64,000 nucleotides of DNA from Spirochaetes bacterium RBG_16_49_21 (lineage in GTDB: Bacteria; Spirochaetota; UBA4802; UBA5550). Below the pieces are notes generated by a model. The model was not told the origin of the DNA. It saw nothing but the letters and a program-made list of their open reading frames with translations, and ran no database searches. Positions within the stretch are counted from its first letter, which is position 1. Each line of letters begins with the position of its first letter. The stretch lies in contig MIBJ01000001.1 of the NCBI GenBank assembly GCA_001829495.1, positions 2,414 through 66,413 of the forward strand, given 5' to 3'. Positions 58,221-64,000 of the stretch are shown here, one piece after another. The position numbers and the translations under genes are program-made.

Positions 58221-59393
58221 TTAGTTCATGTTCCGTGTCAGCGCTACAACTTTCTGGGCGGCTTCAAAAAGTCCCTCGGCCACTTCGAACTTAACATTCG
58301 AATTTTTTAAAATCTTTCTGCCTTCCTCGGAATTTGTGCCCTGGAGTCTGACCACCATTGGTATCGTCAACTTGATATTTTTTGCAGCCTCGACGATCCC
58401 GGTAGCCACCCTGTCGCATCTCAATATTCCGCCGAATATGTTCACTAAAATCGCTTTAACGTTTTTGTCGGATGTGAAAATTTTGAATCCCTTTTCCACC
58501 CGTTCCGGGGTGGCCCCGCCGCCTACGTCCATGAAGTTGGCCGGCTCCCCGCCGGCCAACTTTATAAGATCCATCGTCGCCATGGCCAGACCCGCACCGT
58601 TCACCATGCAGCCTATATCGCCGCTCAGTTTAATATAGTTGATGCCGGCCCGGGACGCCTCCACCTCCAGAGGACTTTCCTCATTTATATCTTTTAAGTC
58701 TTTGATCTCCGGATGCCGGTACAATGCATCATCGTCAAAATTTATTTTTGCATCAAGGGCGCAGAGCTTGCCGTCCTTCGTTACAACGAGGGGGTTTATC
58801 TCAACCAGGGACGCGTCCTTGTCCATGAAAATTCGATAAAGAGTGTCCAGAAACCTGGAGAGCTCGGAGACCATTTTCCCCTCCAAGCCCAGGGCAGCCG
58901 CAATCCTTCGTCCGTGAAAGCCCTTAAATCCGCTGAAGGGGTGTATCCCGACTTTGACGATGCTCTCGGGGCTTTTTCGCGCAATCTCCTCGATCTCCAT
59001 TCCCCCGCTCTTTGAGGCCACGAAGACCGGCTGTTCAAACTCGCTCGCCCTGTCTATGACAATCCCTACATACAGCTCTCTTTCAATGTCAAGGACCTCT
59101 TCCACGAGCACCGTCCTGACCGATATCCCGTCGCTGCCGGTTTGAGGCGTTACGAGCTTTTTCCCCATAATCTCTTTCGCCGCTTCTAGGGCTTGTTCGG
59201 GAGTGCCGGCGATCTTTATGCCGCCGCCCTTGCCTCTGCCGCCTGCATGAACCTGGGCTTTAACGACCACCCTGCCTCCCTGCTTTTCGGCTATCCCTTT
59301 CGCCTCTTCGGGCGTTTTGGCGAGCTCGCCGACCGGGACCGGTATGCCGTACTCTTTAAAAATATATTTCGCCTGATATTCGTGAATTTTCAT
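58221..59393 (-). CDS. sucC: Succinyl-CoA synthetase beta subunit
   Basis: MKIHEYQAK..., ATP-grasp, GGRGKGGGI, GCMVNGAGLAMATMD. Confidence 0.9.
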   Translation of the reverse strand: MKIHEYQAKYIFKEYGIPVPVGELAKTPEEAKGIAEKQGGRVVVKAQVHAGGRGKGGGIKIAGTPEQALEAAKEIMGKKLVTPQTGSDGISVRTVLVEEVLDIERELYVGIVIDRASEFEQPVFVASKSGGMEIEEIARKSPESIVKVGIHPFSGFKGFHGRRIAAALGLEGKMVSELSRFLDTLYRIFMDKDASLVEINPLVVTKDGKLCALDAKINFDDDALYRHPEIKDLKDINEESPLEVEASRAGINYIKLSGDIGCMVNGAGLAMATMDLIKLAGGEPANFMDVGGGATPERVEKGFKIFTSDKNVKAILVNIFGGILRCDRVATGIVEAAKNIKLTIPMVVRLQGTNSEEGRKILKNSNVKFEVAEGLFEAAQKVVALTRNMN

Positions 59394-59414
59394 GTCTCCG
59401 TCATCCTTGAATCG

Positions 59415-60665
59415 CTATCTCTCGAATACCGCGGCAATACCCAGGCCGCCTCCTCCGCAGATGCATTCCAGGCCGTAGCGTGCGCTGCGTCGCTTCATCT
59501 CATGGACCAGGGTGACCAGAACCCGGACCCCGGTACAGGCTATCGGATGGCCGAGGGATATTCCGGAGCCGTTCACGTTCACCTTGCCGTAATCCTTGGG
59601 GCCTACTTTCATGTCCTTCAAGTCGGCCAGGACCTGGGAGGCGAAGGCCTCCTGTATTTCAATTAAATCCATCTGATTGATGGCTAGGCCCGCGCCCTCC
59701 AAAGCCTTGTCCACGGCAACGGGCACGGTCTTATACGTGCGCGTCGGATCGGCTCCGGCCACGCCGAAGGATTTAATGCTGACGAACGGCTCGATCCCCA
59801 GCTCCTTCGCCTTGCGGGCCGTCGTGATCACGACCGCCGCCGCTCCGTCGTTCTCCGATGAAGAGTTGCCGGCTGTACACACGCCCCCAAGCACCGGTTT
59901 CAGCTTCCGGAGCTTCTCAATGGCGGTATCGGGCCGCGGATTTTCGTCACGGTCAATTATTATAGAATCGCCCTTACTTTGAGGGACGGATACGGGAATA
60001 ATCTCATCCTTAAATTTGCCCTCCTCCATGGCGCGGCACGCCTTCCGATGGCTTTCAAGCGCCCACTGGTCGCATTCCTCACGGGAGATGTTTTCCTCCT
60101 TGGCAGCGTTCTCGGCCCAGGACATCATGGAGGGGAGCAGACCGTAGCGCTTTTCAGGCTGGGACATGACGCGGGCCCGCTGTATCCGGTCGTAAAACCG
60201 GAGCCCCCAGATGGAGAGGTCGCCGTGGCCGCGCGGCATGCCTTTAGAGCCGCCCACGCCCCATTTGACGCTCCCCGGCAGGTAAAACTCCGCGTTGCTC
60301 ATGCTCTCGACCCCGCCCGCAACGATCAGGCCGGCCTCGCCGGAGCGGATAAGGGCGGTCGCCGTCCGGACCGCGTCGATCCCGGTACAGCAGCGCCGGT
60401 CGATGGTGAGCCCCGGTATGGTGTCGGGCCATCCGGCATTCAGCAGGGCCATGCGCGCGATGTTGACGTACTCGCCGTTCTGGTACGACTGGCCCATGAC
60501 GACCTCGTCGACCTGATCGGGCTTGATATTTATCTTCTTTATTGCCGCATCGAGCACGAGCGATGCGAGATCATACGCCTCTACGCTCCGCAGGCCGCCC
60601 ATATACTGCCCTACCGGAGTCCTTACCGCGCTTACGATAACGATTGCGTCATCGGGATATTTCAT
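59415..60665 (-). CDS. Thiolase (3-ketoacyl-CoA thiolase / acetyl-CoA C-acyltransferase)
   Basis: Thiolase motifs: active-site Cys region RRCCTGIDA, NGSGISLGHP, CGGGG at the C-terminus. Confidence 0.85.
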   Translation of the reverse strand: MKYPDDAIVIVSAVRTPVGQYMGGLRSVEAYDLASLVLDAAIKKINIKPDQVDEVVMGQSYQNGEYVNIARMALLNAGWPDTIPGLTIDRRCCTGIDAVRTATALIRSGEAGLIVAGGVESMSNAEFYLPGSVKWGVGGSKGMPRGHGDLSIWGLRFYDRIQRARVMSQPEKRYGLLPSMMSWAENAAKEENISREECDQWALESHRKACRAMEEGKFKDEIIPVSVPQSKGDSIIIDRDENPRPDTAIEKLRKLKPVLGGVCTAGNSSSENDGAAAVVITTARKAKELGIEPFVSIKSFGVAGADPTRTYKTVPVAVDKALEGAGLAINQMDLIEIQEAFASQVLADLKDMKVGPKDYGKVNVNGSGISLGHPIACTGVRVLVTLVHEMKRRSARYGLECICGGGGLGIAAVFER

Positions 60666-60701
60666 TTATTTCTCCTTACAATACATATTCGCATTTTGCA
60701 G

Positions 60702-61877
60702 CTATTCATTGCGCACCAGAATTGATATCCCCTGTCCCCCGCCCATGCACATGGTGGCAAGACCCAGCTCCTTACCGGAACGTTTCAGTTCATAAATAAG
60801 CTTTGTCAGGATAATCGCGCCGGTCGCGCTTATCGGATGGCCCAACGCGATGGCGCCGCCGTTCGGGTTCACCGTGGAGGGATCGAGCTTGAGCTCACGA
60901 ATGCAGGCCAGAGACTGTGAGGCAAAGGCTTCATTCAGCTCAACAACATCTATTTTATTAATGTCGATGCCGGTCTGTGAAACAAGCTTTCTCGTTGAAA
61001 AGATCGGGCCGATCCCCATAAGGGAAGGCTCCACTCCCACAGACGCGTATCCGACGATGGAAACCAGCGGTTTGAGGCCGAGCGACCTGGCTTTTTCCCG
61101 CGACGCGATCACGACGGCCCCGGAGCCGTCGTTCATGCTGCTCGAATTTCCCGGCGTGACCGATCCTCCCTCTTTGAATACGGGCTTGAGAGCTGCAAGA
61201 CCCTCGATGGTCGTATCAGATCGCGGCTGCTCGTCCTTGCTGAAAAAAACCGGATTCCCTTTTTTTTGCGGGATCGGCACCGGCACTACCTGTTCATCGA
61301 AGATCCCCTTCTTCAAAGACTCCGCCGCCCGCCGCTGGCTTTCCAGGGCATATGCATCCTGGTCTTTCCGTGAGATTTTATACCGATCGGCGACATTTTC
61401 AGCCGTCTCTCCCATCGTATTTTTGCTGATCGGATCATAAAGCACAAGCTGATCCATAAGCTGTCCATGGCCCAGGCGATATCCCCAGCGCGCCTTGGTA
61501 AGCAGATAAGCCGCATTGGACATATGCTCTGTGCCGCCGGCGACAAGTATGTCGGCATCCCCGGCCTTGATCGCCTGGGCGGCAAGGCTCACGGCTTTTA
61601 AGGCGCCGCCGCAGGCCTTGGCGATGGTGTATTGAGGCACCTCAACCGGTATCCCCGCATTGATAGCCGCCGGCCTGGCCATGTTGGCCGGAAGAACGCC
61701 GGTTCTATACTGCTGGGAAAATACAACCTCATCGACCTGATCAGGCGCCACACCGGCTCTTTTCATGGCCTCTTTTATGACAAGGGAAGAGATATCCCAG
61801 TCTGTTACATCTTTCAGCGTGCCGCCGAACCTGCCGATAGGCGTCCGCGCCGCACTTACTATTACTGCTTCCTTCAT
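60702..61877 (-). CDS. Acetyl-CoA C-acetyltransferase (thiolase II)
   Basis: IVSAARTPIG, KACGGALKAV, NGGAIALGHP, CMGGGQG. Confidence 0.85.
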   Translation of the reverse strand: MKEAVIVSAARTPIGRFGGTLKDVTDWDISSLVIKEAMKRAGVAPDQVDEVVFSQQYRTGVLPANMARPAAINAGIPVEVPQYTIAKACGGALKAVSLAAQAIKAGDADILVAGGTEHMSNAAYLLTKARWGYRLGHGQLMDQLVLYDPISKNTMGETAENVADRYKISRKDQDAYALESQRRAAESLKKGIFDEQVVPVPIPQKKGNPVFFSKDEQPRSDTTIEGLAALKPVFKEGGSVTPGNSSSMNDGSGAVVIASREKARSLGLKPLVSIVGYASVGVEPSLMGIGPIFSTRKLVSQTGIDINKIDVVELNEAFASQSLACIRELKLDPSTVNPNGGAIALGHPISATGAIILTKLIYELKRSGKELGLATMCMGGGQGISILVRNE

Positions 61878-61939
61878 TTTACTACTATGCTCCTTTTGAT
61901 ATTTACTCGAGTTTGGCGAATTTTGTTAATACCACTTAC

Positions 61940-62066
61940 TCCCTCCCCCTCGATGGGGGAGGGTTGGGGTGGGGGCGATGAATTTATGCCGCATAGGTGA
62001 CTTTTATATTCCAAAAACATCTATTTCACCCTCCCCTAACCCCTCCCATCAAGGGAGGGGGATTAC
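61940..62066. repeat. GC-rich palindromic element, copy F
   Basis: Hairpins ccctccccctcgatgggggaggg and ccctcccatcaagggaggg. Confidence 0.55.
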
Positions 62067-62096
62067 TTTAATTAAAAATCCTCCAACTCAAATAAT

Positions 62097-63254
62097 TCAA
62101 TCTTTCAATAGCTCTCTCGCAATTACCACTCTCTGGATCTCGGACGTGCCTTCGTAAATCCTGGTGAGCCGCAGATCCCGGTAAAAACGCTCGGCAGGGC
62201 AGTCCTTCGTGTATCCCATGCCGCCGAATATCTGCACAGCCATGTCCGCCACCCTGCCCGCCATCTCGGTGCAGAAGAGCTTCGTCATCGAGGCTTCCAT
62301 GATCACCGAGGTGCCCCGCTGGTCACGGAGACACGCCGCGTGGTAGAGCATCTGCCGGGCTGCGTAAATCTGTGTGGCCATGTCCGCAAGCATGAACTGG
62401 ATAGCCTGGAGCTTCGCAAGGGGAGCGCCGAACTGAACCCTCGTTTTCGCGTGCTCAATGGATATATCGAGGAGCTTCTGCGCGGCCCCGACCGCCGACG
62501 CGGCAATGGTCATGCGCCCCTTGTCCAGCACCTGCATGGCGATCCTGAATCCCTGGCCGATCATGGCGTCCCCGCCGATCACGTTCGCCTTGGGCACCGT
62601 GCAGTCGTCGAATATAAGCTCATTGGTGTGATTTCCCCGGAGTCCCATCTTCTTTTCAGGTTTACCCACCGAGAAGCCCGGGGTTCCCTTCTCGACAAGA
62701 AACGCGGTTATTCCTCCCTTGGCGCGCTTCTGCCGGTCGGTGAGGGCGAAGACCGTTGCCACCTGCGCGCAGTCGGCGTTGGTGATGAATATCTTCGTTC
62801 CATTTAAAATCCAGTGGTCGCCCTTGAGCACTGCCGTTGTCTGTATGTTGGCCGCGTCGGAGCCTGCTTCCGGCTCGGTAAGGCCGAAGCATGCAGTCCA
62901 CTCTCCGGAGGCGATTTTGGGAAGATAGCGCTTTTTCTGCTCTTCCGTGCCGCTTAATATGAGTCCCTGCGACCCGAGGCCGTTATTCGTTGAAATGCGG
63001 CTGCGGAAGCAGCCGTTGGTCTTGGCTATCTCTTCCTGCACCATGACCTCGCCGAGCATGCTCAAGCCCAATCCGCCGTATTCTTCAGGGATTGAAAGCC
63101 CGAACAGTCCGAGCCCGCGCATTTTTTCCACTATCTCTTCCGGAATGTGATCTTCTTCTTCTACCTGCTGGCTGATCGGATCGAGATCCTTCTTGACGAA
63201 ATTTCGAATCGTCTCAACCATCATCGTTATTTCCTGCGGTACGGAAAAATCCAT
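62097..63254 (-). CDS. Acyl-CoA dehydrogenase (butyryl-CoA dehydrogenase-like)
   Basis: 385 aa ACAD with LTEPEAGSD, GGMGY and YEGTSEIQR motifs. Confidence 0.85.
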   Translation of the reverse strand: MDFSVPQEITMMVETIRNFVKKDLDPISQQVEEEDHIPEEIVEKMRGLGLFGLSIPEEYGGLGLSMLGEVMVQEEIAKTNGCFRSRISTNNGLGSQGLILSGTEEQKKRYLPKIASGEWTACFGLTEPEAGSDAANIQTTAVLKGDHWILNGTKIFITNADCAQVATVFALTDRQKRAKGGITAFLVEKGTPGFSVGKPEKKMGLRGNHTNELIFDDCTVPKANVIGGDAMIGQGFRIAMQVLDKGRMTIAASAVGAAQKLLDISIEHAKTRVQFGAPLAKLQAIQFMLADMATQIYAARQMLYHAACLRDQRGTSVIMEASMTKLFCTEMAGRVADMAVQIFGGMGYTKDCPAERFYRDLRLTRIYEGTSEIQRVVIARELLKD

Positions 63255-63400
63255 ACTTATTCCTCCATCATGTATTTACTCGCCTCATCAGGTTTACATT
63301 TTTCAAAAAATGTCTTTATAAATAATTGCGTCAAACAGTAAAATGGCGGGAAATAAAATCAACTCATTTTTGTACACCGTGTCAGAATGTCTCGTCATTA

Positions 63401-64000
63401 TCAGCGCTTAGACTCAGATCCCCCAAGATACAAACGCCGGGGATCAAAACAGCGAAGGAACTTGATTTCTTCAGGCGCAGGAGAAGGAACTATCTGCAAG
63501 GGATAACGGATTTTCAGCGGCCAGCCGCATTGATCCTGTATGATCCGCACCATCTGTTCCTCCGATTTTATCAAGGGATCTCGAAAATATCCGGTGAGCT
63601 CCAATTCCTGACGGCCCAATGGCTTTTCAAAAATTCCATATTGGGAGACCGCGGTCGACACCTTGAATCCGGGAGAGGTGATATACGGAACATCCGCCAC
63701 GAAGCGGCTTTTGCTTTGCTCCAGGGTAACCATGGTCTCACACGCTCCTGAGGCAACGTCGTTTGCTCCGCCGGATCCTACCAGATAGGAGCCGTCTTCC
63801 GAAACCTTGGTGGTATTTACATTTCCGAAACGATCGACCTGTCCGGCTCCGATCACTCCGATGCCGGACGTTCCGGATCCGGACATAAAGATACCCAGGG
63901 TGGTGAAAATGTCGTTGATCATCAGGCATGAGGGAAGATTTCTCAGGTTGAAAAGAAAGGGGTCTGCCGGCAGGGGGGAATATCCGTAGAAACCGATTTC
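63401..64000 (-). CDS. CoA-transferase subunit B (glutaconate CoA-transferase GctB / 3-oxoacid CoA-transferase B family); the 5' end lies beyond the window
   Basis: GIGVIGAGQVDRFGNVNTT...GSGGAN motifs. The reading frame stays open past the tracked Met to position 64000. Confidence 0.7.
   Translation of the reverse strand, partial: EIGFYGYSPLPADPFLFNLRNLPSCLMINDIFTTLGIFMSGSGTSGIGVIGAGQVDRFGNVNTTKVSEDGSYLVGSGGANDVASGACETMVTLEQSKSRFVADVPYITSPGFKVSTAVSQYGIFEKPLGRQELELTGYFRDPLIKSEEQMVRIIQDQCGWPLKIRYPLQIVPSPAPEEIKFLRCFDPRRLYLGGSESKR

Noticed and set aside
63326-63751. A plus-strand 141-aa ORF inside the CoA-transferase region.
   Set aside because: It is antisense to a well-supported GctB-like gene and has no homology signal.

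Overview
This 64 kb window is chromosomal and gene-dense, about 55-60% GC. It most likely comes from an anaerobic Desulfobacterota/Syntrophia-like bacterium. That placement is a guess from gene content: ferredoxin-dependent oxidoreductases, energy-converting hydrogenase, ADP-forming acetyl-CoA synthetase, 4-hydroxybutyryl-CoA dehydratase and glutaryl-CoA dehydrogenase.

The plus-strand block at the left end (1-14.3 kb) is an almost complete TCA-cycle supercluster: fumarase C-terminus, aconitase-family protein, two tandem LDH/MDH paralogs, SdhAB, the 2-oxoglutarate dehydrogenase genes SucA-SucB-Lpd, and citrate synthase.

The middle of the window (14-28 kb) holds 4-hydroxybutyryl-CoA dehydratase (AbfD), an Rrf2 regulator translationally coupled to a Cys-rich protein, a stand-alone Pta-N-terminal (DRTGG) protein next to ADP-forming acetyl-CoA synthetase, and a three-gene phosphorelay.

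The most unusual region is a minus-strand cluster at 28.2-39.2 kb. It encodes a formate-hydrogenlyase-like group 4 [NiFe] hydrogenase (HycG/F/D/E/C plus the HycI protease) joined to an NAD(P)H-binding HydB/HydG-like (AsrAB/PyrK-like) module and to an FdhF-family molybdopterin-oxidoreductase homolog. By manual alignment that homolog has lost the Sec/Cys Mo ligand and the catalytic Arg of formate dehydrogenase H. This is a complex-I-like arrangement of a hydrogenase core, a NuoG-like degenerate FdhF subunit and an NAD(P)H-input module.

Downstream are a four-subunit 2-oxoacid:ferredoxin oxidoreductase, a small accessory patch (DUF4258/DUF2283 toxin-antitoxin-like pair, cupin, a strictosidine-synthase-like gene fragment), and a long minus-strand block. 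That block holds an old-yellow-enzyme-family flavin oxidoreductase, acyl-CoA dehydrogenases, glutaryl-CoA dehydrogenase, a second SDH/FRD with a diheme membrane anchor (sdhCAB), class I fumarase, malic enzyme, succinyl-CoA synthetase, two thiolases and a partial CoA-transferase B subunit.

Three families of intergenic repeats occur several times: an AT-centred 'GTCATTGCGAGGAGCGCAGCGACGAAGCAATC' imperfect palindrome, GC-rich nested 'CTCACCCC...CCCTCTCC...GGAGAGGG...GGGGTGAG' elements, and a 'CCCCTAAATCCCCCGGAGGGGGACTT' hairpin motif. I found no rRNA, tRNA or CRISPR. All functional calls come from reading the translated ORFs and recalled family motifs; nothing was searched against a database.
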